From Chloroflexota bacterium (lineage in GTDB: Bacteria > Chloroflexota > Dehalococcoidia > Lucifugimonadales > GCA-2719675): 64,000 nt of DNA. Both the position numbers and the translations under genes were made by a program. Of the stretch, positions 9,465 through 18,661 are shown one piece after another (positions within the stretch are counted from its first letter, which is position 1; every line of letters starts with the position of its first letter). The stretch is from positions 38,556 through 102,555 of the forward strand of contig PBID01000019.1 in NCBI GenBank assembly GCA_002719675.1. The letters run 5' to 3'. A model generated the notes under the pieces. That model was not told where the DNA came from and made no database searches. It saw only the letters and a list, made by a program, of their open reading frames with translations.

Positions 9465-10261
9465 ATTTTTGAATATTTAGGTTTTGCGGTTTGAGTTCCA
9501 TCTGGGAGAGTGTTAATAGAGAAATCACCGAAAAGGAGTGGCGCTTCTTTTGATAGCATTTCTAGTATATTGATTGCTAATTTTCTTATTTCCCAATCAG
9601 CATATCCTGCACCTCTTTGTTCTATGAAATGCCTCCAGGCACGTACATTACCAGTAACGAATATTTTAGTTTCTGTAGCATTAGGTAATATGGATCTTGC
9701 AGCTTGTCTTACTGCTTTTCTTCTATCCCATTGAGTTTCAAATAATTCTTCAGGGAGGGATTTTTCTAATTCTACTACTAGATTGCTATAAGCTTCTGTG
9801 GAGTTTTCAATCGCTTCTCGAAGTATTTTCTCACTTTCAGGATTTTGGTTTTTTGCAACGGCAGGAGGAATTACAAATGGACTATCGGATTCATCAACGA
9901 ATCTTTGAGATCTTTGAGAATATGCAAATCCTGCTCTATGCCTGACTAGTTCGTGAGTTAAGCTTCTAGAAACTCCAGTGATTACAAATCCATAATTTAC
10001 ATGTTCGAAGACACTTCCATCGCCTTTTGATAATAGATTGTTGACAAAATCTTCAATGTCTTTTCTTCCTCTGCCAAAACTCATGTAGCATAATCTAGCA
10101 GAGACTTCAATTATAGATCCAGAATCATCTTTTCCTGCCCGAATACTATCTGGTACAGGAGGAAGTTCTTCGTCCTCAAGCAAAGAAGCAATTGATTCCC
10201 AATTTACGGAAGGTTTAGAAATTAGATATATTTTAGGGTCATTTAGATATTTTTTTTTCAC
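9461..10261 (-). CDS. thyX: Flavin-dependent thymidylate synthase
   Basis: ThyX motif 'RHRAGFAYSQRSQR'. GTG start followed by an A9 run. The 3' end overlaps the convergent mocA-like gene by 4 nt. Confidence 0.92.
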   Translation of the reverse strand: MKKKYLNDPKIYLISKPSVNWESIASLLEDEELPPVPDSIRAGKDDSGSIIEVSARLCYMSFGRGRKDIEDFVNNLLSKGDGSVFEHVNYGFVITGVSRSLTHELVRHRAGFAYSQRSQRFVDESDSPFVIPPAVAKNQNPESEKILREAIENSTEAYSNLVVELEKSLPEELFETQWDRRKAVRQAARSILPNATETKIFVTGNVRAWRHFIEQRGAGYADWEIRKLAINILEMLSKEAPLLFGDFSINTLPDGTQTAKPKYSKI

Positions 10262-10293
10262 TTTTTTGCCTGAGACTTTTTTGAAGTTTGTAT

Positions 10294-11484
10294 TTAAATG
10301 TTTATAAAAGTAGGGTTTTCTAATATGTTTTTGAAAGTTTCCAAAAATTTTGCACCTTCAGCTCCATTAGCAACCCTATGGTCTCCAGATAGGGTAGTTG
10401 TCATGATATCTGCTATTACTATTTCATTTGAAGAAACTATTGGTTTTTTTGATACTGCTCCAGTAGCTAGCATACAAGTTTGGGGAGGTAAAATTATTGC
10501 TCCGAAACTTGAAATGTTATACATGCCAAGGTTGCTAATACTAAATGTTCCATCAGTATATTCTTTGGAACTTAAAGTGCCACTGTTTGATCTGTCGATT
10601 AAGTCTTTACTAGAAATTGCAATCTCTTCTAGAGATTTTTTTTCACATCCTAGTATAGCTGGAACGATTAATCCATCGGTTGTTGAAATAGCTATTCCAA
10701 TATTTATTTCGTTATGAATTTTAGGCGAGTCATTGACATAAGTAGAATTGAATTCAGGAAATTTTTTTAAAGATTCAACAGTCGCTGCAATAATTAAATC
10801 ATTGACTGAAACTTTTATTGATTTTGTTTCCAGTTTTTGATTAAGTTTACTTCTTAAATTCATTGCAACTGTCATGTCAATTTCATTTGTTAAGTAGAAA
10901 TGAGGTATTTCTCTTTTACTTTTAGTTGTTACTCTTGCAATTTGTTGTCTAACTTTATTTTGCTTTGAGTCTTGAGGGATAGATTCAGATGACACATGAG
11001 ATTTTTGGTCATTTTCTGAAGAGATTAAAAGGGTAACATCATCTCTAGTAATTCTACCTCCGGGTCCAGATCCAGAAATCGAGCTTAAATCTATGTTATT
11101 TTCATTAGCTAGTCTTCGGGCAGCAGGAGATATTTTTTTATTATTGGACTCAATTTTTTCTCGAGCATCAGGTTTTGGCAAAGAAATTTCTTCTGTTGAG
11201 TCAGTTTTTTCTGTTTCAGCTGATGTATCGGAATTGTTGATTGAATTTTCTTGAATCTCTTCTCCCTGAGAACCAATGACAATTACTGGGTCGCCTACAG
11301 GAACTATCGATCCTTCATCTACAATGATTTTTTTTACTATGCCTGCAGTAGTGGATTCAAATTCAATCACTGCTTTATCCGTTTCTATTTCAGCGATTGC
11401 TTCTCCTAGTTGAACTTCATCCCCAACTCCTTTTAGCCATCTAACTAAAGTTCCCTCTTGCATATCGTAACCCATTTGGGGCAT
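10294..11484 (-). CDS. 2-oxoacid dehydrogenase E2 (dihydrolipoamide acyltransferase)
   Basis: Lipoyl domain 'IETDKAV', E3/E1-binding 'PAARRLANENNIDL', catalytic 'SGDHRVANGAEGAKF'. A GGAGG plus in-frame CTG at 11502 may be the true start (see findings). Confidence 0.9.
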   Translation of the reverse strand: MPQMGYDMQEGTLVRWLKGVGDEVQLGEAIAEIETDKAVIEFESTTAGIVKKIIVDEGSIVPVGDPVIVIGSQGEEIQENSINNSDTSAETEKTDSTEEISLPKPDAREKIESNNKKISPAARRLANENNIDLSSISGSGPGGRITRDDVTLLISSENDQKSHVSSESIPQDSKQNKVRQQIARVTTKSKREIPHFYLTNEIDMTVAMNLRSKLNQKLETKSIKVSVNDLIIAATVESLKKFPEFNSTYVNDSPKIHNEINIGIAISTTDGLIVPAILGCEKKSLEEIAISSKDLIDRSNSGTLSSKEYTDGTFSISNLGMYNISSFGAIILPPQTCMLATGAVSKKPIVSSNEIVIADIMTTTLSGDHRVANGAEGAKFLETFKNILENPTFINI

Positions 11485-11513
11485 ATTTAGTGTAGTTGCC
11501 AGAATGCACCTCC

Positions 11514-12494
11514 CTATATAGAAAAATTTTGTTTAATTGCTGCGACTATTTTTTCTTCACTTGGTATTGTACCAAGTTCAAGTTTTCGATTGTATGGAGC
11601 TGGCACATCTTCAGATGCAATTCTAATAATTGGTCCATCTAGATAATCGAAAGCTTCTAATTGAATTGATTCACTAATGTTTGCTCCAAAACCTCCGGTT
11701 TTCCATGTTTCTTCTACGACTACGGCACGTCCTGTCTTTTTAACAGATTTAATTATTGTTTCAAAATCTAGAGGCCGCAAAGTTCTTAGGTCTATTACTT
11801 CACATTCTACATTAAAATCTTTTGATATTATTTCACTGGCCGCCATACAAGTTCTAACCATTCCTGAATAAGATATAATTGTGATAGAATCTCCACTACG
11901 TTTTATGTTTGCTTTTCCAAAAGGAATTTCAAAAAACTCATCTGGGACTTCTTCTTTTACACCATACAACAATGCATGTTCTGCAAAAACTACAGGATCT
12001 TTCTGTTTCATTGAAGTTCTAAATAATCCAAGAGCATCTTTAGGAGTTGAAGGACAAACAACTTTTAATCCTGGCACAGCTGCTAACCAACCTTCAAAAC
12101 TTTGAGAATGAGTAGCTCCCAACTGTGCTCCACCACCTGTTACAGTTCTTAGTACAAGTGGTACTTCTATTTGTCCATTGGACATATATCTGAGTTTTGC
12201 AGCATGGTTAATTAATTGATCGAATGCAAGAAGCAAAAAATTAATTGTCATAATTTCAACTATAGGCCTGAGTCCTGCAGCTGCAGCTCCAATACCTGTA
12301 CCCAAAATTACAGATTCTGAAATAGGGGTGTCAATAATTCTTTTTGGTCCAAATTTTTTTAATAACCCTGCAGTAACTGCATATGCTCCATTATAATCGC
12401 CAATATCTTCTCCCATTAAGAATACTTTTGTGTCCGATTCTAATGCTTCTATTAATCCTGTTTTAATGGATTCTCTTAATGTCAAATTACTCAT
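11514..12494 (-). CDS. 2-oxoacid dehydrogenase E1 beta subunit
   Basis: Transketolase-like pyrimidine-binding domain: 'FLMGEDIGDYNGAYAVT', 'IDTPISE', 'TIISYSGMV'. Confidence 0.93.
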   Translation of the reverse strand: MSNLTLRESIKTGLIEALESDTKVFLMGEDIGDYNGAYAVTAGLLKKFGPKRIIDTPISESVILGTGIGAAAAGLRPIVEIMTINFLLLAFDQLINHAAKLRYMSNGQIEVPLVLRTVTGGGAQLGATHSQSFEGWLAAVPGLKVVCPSTPKDALGLFRTSMKQKDPVVFAEHALLYGVKEEVPDEFFEIPFGKANIKRSGDSITIISYSGMVRTCMAASEIISKDFNVECEVIDLRTLRPLDFETIIKSVKKTGRAVVVEETWKTGGFGANISESIQLEAFDYLDGPIIRIASEDVPAPYNRKLELGTIPSEEKIVAAIKQNFSI

Positions 12495-13449
12495 TTTGAT
12501 ACACGTTTTCTAGTAATGATTCAATTTTCGGATCTGGACTGTTTTTGGCAAATTCGATGCAATCAAATATTTCAGAATCTACACTTTCTTTAATTTTAAG
12601 TATTTTTTGCTGATCAATTATTTTTTGATTGGATAGAAATTTTTCTAGTTTAATTATCGGGTCATTTTTTTGCCATTCTACAACTTCTTGAGATTTTCTA
12701 TATGAACTTGGATCTGCCATAGAATGTCCTCTGAATCTATAACACATCGCTTCTAGGAATACGGGGCCTTCCCCAGATCTAATTTTTTCAATTGATTGCT
12801 GTGTTGCTTTTTGTACCTCTAAAACATCCATTCCATCTATTTGCATAGAAGGAATTTTGTAAGAATCTGCAATTTTATAAATATCTTTTCCAGAAGATCT
12901 GGTTTTATTAACATGAGTTCCCATACCGTATAAGTTATTTTCTAGACAAAATAAAATTGGTAACTTCCATAGTGAAGCTAAATTCATAGATTCGTGAAAT
13001 TCCCCCTCGTTTACAGCTCCATCGCCCAAGAAGCATAATACAATAGAATTTTCTTCTTGGTATTTTGATGCAAACCCTAACCCACATGCTATAGGTAGCT
13101 GACCGCCAACTATTGCGTGTCCTCCCATAAATCTTTTTGAAACATCAAATATATGCATCGATCCACCTTTGCCAGCACTTGTTCCATCAGACTTCCCCAT
13201 TAGTTCACTCATAATGTTTTTTGGGTTTATTCCTCTTGCTAAAGCGTGGCCATGATCTCTGTAGTGAGTGATGATGTAATCTTTTTCAGATAGACAAGAA
13301 ATTGATCCTACAGCTATAGCTTCTTCACCTATGTATAAGTGACAGAATCCACGAATGTCACCCTCCATGTACAACCTTCCAGTTTCTTCTTCAAATCGAC
13401 GGAGAAGGAGCATGTCTTGATATAGTTTGATTGTTTTTGATTGGTCCAT
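12487..13449 (-). CDS. 2-oxoacid dehydrogenase E1 alpha subunit (TPP-dependent)
   Basis: TPP motif 'GDGAVNEGEFHESMNLASLWKLP', 'YRFRGHSMADP'. Overlaps the E1 beta start by 8 nt. Confidence 0.93.
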   Translation of the reverse strand: MDQSKTIKLYQDMLLLRRFEEETGRLYMEGDIRGFCHLYIGEEAIAVGSISCLSEKDYIITHYRDHGHALARGINPKNIMSELMGKSDGTSAGKGGSMHIFDVSKRFMGGHAIVGGQLPIACGLGFASKYQEENSIVLCFLGDGAVNEGEFHESMNLASLWKLPILFCLENNLYGMGTHVNKTRSSGKDIYKIADSYKIPSMQIDGMDVLEVQKATQQSIEKIRSGEGPVFLEAMCYRFRGHSMADPSSYRKSQEVVEWQKNDPIIKLEKFLSNQKIIDQQKILKIKESVDSEIFDCIEFAKNSPDPKIESLLENVYQNE

Positions 13450-13488
13450 ATTATAATTTTTGTAGATTATACAAGATATTTGGAAAAA

Positions 13489-14895
13489 TTACATGTGAAT
13501 TGCTTCATTATTAATGGCTAAACAGGCTTCTACAATTGATTCTGAAATTGTAGGATGTGGATGAACTGTCATAGCCAATTCTTCTTCAGTGCTCTCTAAC
13601 ATAGTTGCAATACCTAATTCACCAAGTAATTCGGTAACTTCCGGGCCAACCATATGGGCCCCTAGGATAATTCCACTTTCAGATTCAGATACGATTTTGA
13701 TCATACCTTCATTATGTCCTAATGCCATTGCTTTTCCGCTAGCAGATAAAGGAAATTTTCCGACTTTAACGGTAGACCCTTGATCTATTGCTTGTTGTTC
13801 TGTCATACCAAAACTTGCAACTTGAGGGTTTGAATATATGGCTCGAGGCATATATTCATATTTTATTGGTTCAGGAGATTGACCTGCAATGTGCTCTATA
13901 GCATGAATTCCTTGAGCTGATGCAACATGTGCTAGTAGTGTTTTCCCTGTAACGTCTCCAATTGCATAAACTCCTTTCAAATTAGTCATCATATTTTCAT
14001 CGATCGCTATGAAATTGTTATTGATTGAAATTCCAACTTCTTCAAGTCCAATATTTTTCACATTTCCTTCCATACCTACGGCAACTAAGACTATATCTGT
14101 TTCTATTTCAGAAATTTTGCCATTAGAATTAAGTTCTAGTATTGCACCTGAATTAGTTTTAGTGACTTTTTCAACTTTTGTTTGAGTTTTAATTTGTATT
14201 CCTTGCTTAATTAAAGAACGAGATAATTGTTTACTAATTTCAGCATCCTCTAGAGGAAGAATTTGATTTTGTAATTCAACTAAAGTTACATTAGTACCGA
14301 AAGCATTCCACATATAAGAAAATTCTACTCCGGTTGCTCCCGCTCCTATTATCACGGCTTTATTTGGAGACTTTTCTATTCCTAATGCATTTTTGCTGTT
14401 TAGTATGATTTTTTCATCTATTGGAAGATTTGGAATGTCTTTAAATTTTGCACCTGTAGCTATTAAAATGTTTTTAGAACTAATTTTTTGCTTGGTTTCA
14501 AGAATTTCTACTTGATTTTGACTTGTAATTCGACAGTTTCCAGGTATTAATTCAACATTGTTTTTTTTAAGAAGAAAACCTATTCCATCAGTTAGTTTTT
14601 TAACAATTTTCCTACTTCGATTAACAGCTTGCCCAAAATCAGATTTTAAATCTGAGACATATATTCCATGTTCGTTTGATTCTTTAATTAGATTTAATAT
14701 TTCAGCACTTCTAAGTAAAGATTTACTAGGTATACATCCCCAATTTAAACAAACACCTCCTAATTCATTTTTTTCTATTAGAGCAGTTTTTAAACCTAAT
14801 TGGGCAGATCTTATAGCGGCAACATACCCTCCAGGTCCGCTACCAATAATTAATACATCAAATTCAAATTGTGACAATGTAAACGCCTCCTGCAA
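13489..14895 (-). CDS. lpdA: Dihydrolipoyl dehydrogenase (E3)
   Basis: FAD motif 'IIGSGPGGYVAA', redox disulfide 'GGVCLNWGCIPSK', C-terminal 'HPHPTISE'. First gene of the operon. Confidence 0.93.
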   Translation of the reverse strand: MQEAFTLSQFEFDVLIIGSGPGGYVAAIRSAQLGLKTALIEKNELGGVCLNWGCIPSKSLLRSAEILNLIKESNEHGIYVSDLKSDFGQAVNRSRKIVKKLTDGIGFLLKKNNVELIPGNCRITSQNQVEILETKQKISSKNILIATGAKFKDIPNLPIDEKIILNSKNALGIEKSPNKAVIIGAGATGVEFSYMWNAFGTNVTLVELQNQILPLEDAEISKQLSRSLIKQGIQIKTQTKVEKVTKTNSGAILELNSNGKISEIETDIVLVAVGMEGNVKNIGLEEVGISINNNFIAIDENMMTNLKGVYAIGDVTGKTLLAHVASAQGIHAIEHIAGQSPEPIKYEYMPRAIYSNPQVASFGMTEQQAIDQGSTVKVGKFPLSASGKAMALGHNEGMIKIVSESESGIILGAHMVGPEVTELLGELGIATMLESTEEELAMTVHPHPTISESIVEACLAINNEAIHM

Positions 14896-15031
14896 AGTAG
14901 GGTTAATTTAGATAAGGATTATATCTGAATGTTATAATTTTTTCTTGTTATTTTTTCCTTTAAAATTAATATTAGTAATGATTTTTAATATAATAAGTTT
15001 TTTAAAGAATATTCAAACTTTTTACCTTTAC

Positions 15032-15060
15032 TTGAATAAAAGGTTTTTCATTGATATCAT
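15032..15060 (+). promoter_or_regulatory. Candidate sigma70-type promoter (TTGAAT-17 nt-TATCAT)
   Basis: -35 at 15032-15037 and -10 at 15055-15060 with a 17-nt spacer. The predicted TSS (~15067) coincides with the first base of the downstream helix. Promoter-like hexamers are common in AT-rich DNA. Confidence 0.35.
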
Positions 15061-15066
15061 TTTACT

Positions 15067-15151
15067 AGGCAGCCAATCTTCTTATAAGAACGGTGAGCAT
15101 GTAAAAAGTTTAGAATAGGTTGCCTTCCTTTTTCAAGGAGGGCTTTTTTTT
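15067..15151 (+). promoter_or_regulatory. Candidate transcription attenuator/riboswitch-like leader (or ~85-nt sRNA) upstream of the pantothenate operon
   Basis: Helix AGGCAGCC (15067-15074) pairs with GGTTGCCT (15118-15125): 8 bp including one G-U. Its 3' strand shares 4 nt with the 5' arm of the terminator hairpin, so the two structures are mutually exclusive. Confidence 0.4.
15122..15151 (+). terminator. Intrinsic terminator inside a 5' leader
   Basis: 9-bp stem GCCTTCCTT / AAGGAGGGC (one U-G), loop TTTC, then T8 (15144-15151). No plus-strand gene lies upstream. The next start codon is at 15209. Confidence 0.7.
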
Positions 15152-15208
15152 ATCTAAATTAATTTGTTATGCTCTGTCCTCAAAAATATTTAAATTGGAT
15201 ATTTTGCT

Positions 15209-16114
15209 ATGTTTGATCCGAATAATAAAAATCAAATTAGAATAGGTTTTATTGGAGCTGGTATTGTAGGGATTTCTTTGGCTTTAGCTTTGAGGAAATC
15301 AGATTATAATGTTCGATCTATCTTTAGTAGAAGAAAAAAATCATCAGAAACATTTGCCAGATTAATTTCTGGATGTCATGTTGTTGAGTCTTATGATGAA
15401 GTTTCCGCAAAATCCGATATCGTTTTTATTACAACTTCTGACGATTCAATTCAAGCTGTGGCTTCAAAGACTAATTGGCGAAGTAAACAATTAGTTGTTC
15501 ATTGTTCAGGAGCTTCAACTTTGGATGTTTTAGAGGAAGCAAGAATTCAGGGAGCATATGTAGGATCTTTGCATCCTTTACAGGCTTTTGCTTCTTTTGA
15601 GGATGGGGTATTAAGTATACCAGGAACAACCTTTGCAATCGAAGGAAAAGAATTTGCAAGAAGTTTTTTAGAGTCCTTAGCATTAGATATTGGTGGAGAA
15701 GTAATTTATCTAAATTCAGAAGATAAAGTTTTATATCATTTAACAGGAGTGATGATGGGAGGAATGTTATCTACTTTGGCTGCTTCAGTCTCGGATCTGT
15801 GGAGATTATTTGGATATGACAGAGAAAAAGGAGTCAATGCATTAAGTAAAATGATTCATCAAGTTGGGATAAATTTAAGACAGTTAGGTATTCCAGATGC
15901 TGTAGCTGGCCCATATTCGAGGGGGGATATAGGGACAATTGAAAAACATTTGTCAGGACTTCTTGATAAGGCGCCAGAACTATTACCTGTCTATTGTGAA
16001 ATGGCTTTAATTGGCTTGCCTTATGCTTTTGAAAAAGGAAATTTATCTGAAGAAAAACTTCAAGAAATTAGAGGTCTGGTTCTGTCTTTCAAAAATAAAG
16101 GAGAATTTAAGTGA
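15209..16114 (+). CDS. Rossmann-fold NAD(P) oxidoreductase, DUF2520/PanG-like (putative ketopantoate reductase)
   Basis: 'IGFIGAGIVGISLALAL' dinucleotide fold, 'HCSGA', 'GSLHPLQAF'. Overlaps the panB start by 4 nt (GTGA). The function is inferred from operon context. Confidence 0.6.
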   Translation: MFDPNNKNQIRIGFIGAGIVGISLALALRKSDYNVRSIFSRRKKSSETFARLISGCHVVESYDEVSAKSDIVFITTSDDSIQAVASKTNWRSKQLVVHCSGASTLDVLEEARIQGAYVGSLHPLQAFASFEDGVLSIPGTTFAIEGKEFARSFLESLALDIGGEVIYLNSEDKVLYHLTGVMMGGMLSTLAASVSDLWRLFGYDREKGVNALSKMIHQVGINLRQLGIPDAVAGPYSRGDIGTIEKHLSGLLDKAPELLPVYCEMALIGLPYAFEKGNLSEEKLQEIRGLVLSFKNKGEFK

Positions 16115-16905
16115 GATTAAATATAAATAATATTTCTGAAATGTATAAGAATGGAGAAAAAATTTCAGCTATTACAGCCTATGATTTCACTTTCGCAAGC
16201 CTTGCTGATTCGGTTGGTTTTCCAATTATATTAGTTGGAGACAGTTTAGGTCAGGTTGCTCTCGGATATGATTCTACTGTTCCAGTTACAATGTCAGATA
16301 TGTTAATACACGTTAAATCGGTAGTTAGAGGTGCAAAAAGATCCCTCATTATTGCAGACATGCCATTTATGAGTTACCAGTCAGATATTTCTGATGCTAT
16401 TTCCAATGCAGGTAGATTAATTAAAGAAGGAGGGGCGCAATCAGTTAAATTAGAAGGTGGAGAAAAAATTGCAAATACTGTCGCTAAGATTGTTGATTGC
16501 GGTATACCTGTAATGGGGCATATAGGACTTACTCCACAATCAGTAAATCAGTTAGGTGGATATAAAGTACAAGGGAAATCTGAAAAAGAAAAAGAAAAAC
16601 TTATTGCAGATGCTAAAGCTATAGAAAGTGCGGGTGCTTATTCTATAGTTTTAGAATTAATAAAGTCAGATTTAGCAGAGGAAATTACTAAAGAAATATC
16701 AATTCCAACTATTGGTATAGGTTCTGGTCCAAATTGTTCTGGGCAAATTCAAGTAATTCATGATGTGTTAGGTTTGAGTTTAGGTGAATCATACAAACAT
16801 TCTAGACAATATTTGGATTTGAGAAAATCTGTTCCTGAAGCTTTGAAGCAATATTTAAAAGACTCAAACTCAGGAGATTTTCCATCTTCTAAAGAAAGCT
16901 TTTAA
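16111..16905 (+). CDS. panB: 3-methyl-2-oxobutanoate hydroxymethyltransferase
   Basis: 'ITAYDFTFA', 'ILVGDSLG', 'VKLEGG', 'GHIGLTPQS'. Confidence 0.95.
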   Translation: MRLNINNISEMYKNGEKISAITAYDFTFASLADSVGFPIILVGDSLGQVALGYDSTVPVTMSDMLIHVKSVVRGAKRSLIIADMPFMSYQSDISDAISNAGRLIKEGGAQSVKLEGGEKIANTVAKIVDCGIPVMGHIGLTPQSVNQLGGYKVQGKSEKEKEKLIADAKAIESAGAYSIVLELIKSDLAEEITKEISIPTIGIGSGPNCSGQIQVIHDVLGLSLGESYKHSRQYLDLRKSVPEALKQYLKDSNSGDFPSSKESF

Positions 16906-16922
16906 TTATTGATTGAAATATT

Positions 16923-17792
16923 ATGAAAATTATTAGGTCGATTTCAGAGGCAAATCAATTTCGCAATTCAATAAATGTTGTTGGTTTAGTTCCTACTATG
17001 GGGGCTATACATGAAGGGCATCTTTCATTAGTAAGAAAGGCCAAGCAAGATTGTGATATTGTGATAGTTACTATTTTTACGAATCCTATACAATTTTCAA
17101 ATCGGGATGATTTTTCTTCTTATCCAAAGACTATAGATCAAGATTTAGATTTTTTGAGGCAAGAAGGTGTAGATTTGGTATTTTGTCCATCAGAGGCTGA
17201 CATATATCCTGATGGATTTACAACTTCAGTGGAGGTTGAAAAATTTTCAGATTTATTTGAAGGGGAATCAAGACCTGGACATTTTAAAGGTGTCACAACT
17301 ATAGTTACAAAATTGTTAAACTTGTTTTTGCCAAATAAAGTTTATTTTGGTCAGAAAGATTTTCAACAAACTTTTTTGATCCAAAAGCTTAATGCAGATT
17401 TAAATATTAATTCTGAAATTATTGTTTTGCCAACTATACGTGAATCTGATGGATTGCCAGTAAGTAGTAGAAATGTTTTACTTAGTAAGGATGAGAGAAT
17501 TTCAGCCTCTGTTTTGTATAGGGTTTTAAAAAATATCAAAAATTTAGATACATTTGATTCTAAGAAAATTTATCAAGAAATTGAAAATGAAATTATTAAG
17601 GAAAATTTAGTTGAATTAGATTACGTAAAAATTGTAAATCCAGATACTTTTTCAGAACTTTTAGAAGTTGGAGAAAATGCAATTATATTAATTGCTATAA
17701 ATATTGGTTCAATCAGATTGATAGATAATGTTTTTATAAAAAGAATTTCTAGTGGAATTGAGATAGATTATAGATTTGAAAGATATTGCTGA
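16923..17792 (+). CDS. panC: Pantoate--beta-alanine ligase
   Basis: 'VPTMGAIHEGHLSLV' (HIGH-like), 'FGQKDFQQ', 'REDGLP'-like 'RESDGLPVSSRN'. Confidence 0.95.
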   Translation: MKIIRSISEANQFRNSINVVGLVPTMGAIHEGHLSLVRKAKQDCDIVIVTIFTNPIQFSNRDDFSSYPKTIDQDLDFLRQEGVDLVFCPSEADIYPDGFTTSVEVEKFSDLFEGESRPGHFKGVTTIVTKLLNLFLPNKVYFGQKDFQQTFLIQKLNADLNINSEIIVLPTIRESDGLPVSSRNVLLSKDERISASVLYRVLKNIKNLDTFDSKKIYQEIENEIIKENLVELDYVKIVNPDTFSELLEVGENAIILIAINIGSIRLIDNVFIKRISSGIEIDYRFERYC

Positions 17793-18661
17793 ACAAAATC
17801 CATGCCAACTAATTCAGTATAGGCGTTTTGTAATTCATTTGTGATTTTCCCAGGAATTTCTCCGGAACCTATGGTATTTCCGTTGGATGTTGATATTGGC
17901 ACAATACAGAAACTAGTTGAAGTGATAAATGCTTCATTTGCTGTGTAAAGATCAAAAAGATCTATATCATCTTCTGAAAAATTTATTGATAATTTTTTTG
18001 CTAATTCTATAGTTACTTCTCTACTGATTCCTTCCAATATCCTTTGTTTTTTAGGTGTAATCAGTGTTCCTTTTTTAACTATGAATATATTCGCTCCGGG
18101 GCCTTCTGACAGATTGCCGTTAGTATCAAGAAGTATTGGTAAAGCGTCTGGATTAGTTGATTTTGCTTCGAATTCAGCTTGAATTAAATTAATGTTGTTA
18201 TGTATTTTTGCTCTGGGACTAATCGATTCAGGGGGTGTTCTTCGTATTGAAGGCGTGATTATTGGAATTCCATATTTGTAATATTTTGCTCTTTCTTTGA
18301 ATGGTAATGGGTAACACTCGATGATTGAAGTGAGTTTAACTCCATCTCCTCTGCTAACTCTTTGAGAAACCCAAAAATCGTCATTTGATTTAAGTAAATG
18401 CAAGTTTTGTTCTAACACTTGCATTGTTAAATTTTCCCATTCATTTTTTGTAATATTAGGCTCCATTCGCATATATTTTAAAGAATTTAAAAATCGATCT
18501 AAATGTTCACTTAGTCGAAATATTTTGCCGCCGAAAGTCCTTGTAGTATCGTAAACAGCATCTCCAAGCATGAAGCCTCTATCTCTAAATGAGATTTTTG
18601 CTTGACTTTCTGGAATGATTCTACCGTTGAAATAAACCACTCGTTCTTGATTATTTGACAT
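17768..18661 (-). CDS. Class IV (branched-chain / D-amino-acid) aminotransferase
   Basis: '[29 protein letters not shown]', 'EGPGANIF', 'ILEGISR'. Start set at the ATG at 18661. The tracked 18739 start would read through the upstream gene. The 3' end overlaps convergent panC by 25 nt. Confidence 0.85.
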   Translation of the reverse strand: MSNNQERVVYFNGRIIPESQAKISFRDRGFMLGDAVYDTTRTFGGKIFRLSEHLDRFLNSLKYMRMEPNITKNEWENLTMQVLEQNLHLLKSNDDFWVSQRVSRGDGVKLTSIIECYPLPFKERAKYYKYGIPIITPSIRRTPPESISPRAKIHNNINLIQAEFEAKSTNPDALPILLDTNGNLSEGPGANIFIVKKGTLITPKKQRILEGISREVTIELAKKLSINFSEDDIDLFDLYTANEAFITSTSFCIVPISTSNGNTIGSGEIPGKITNELQNAYTELVGMDFVQQYLSNL

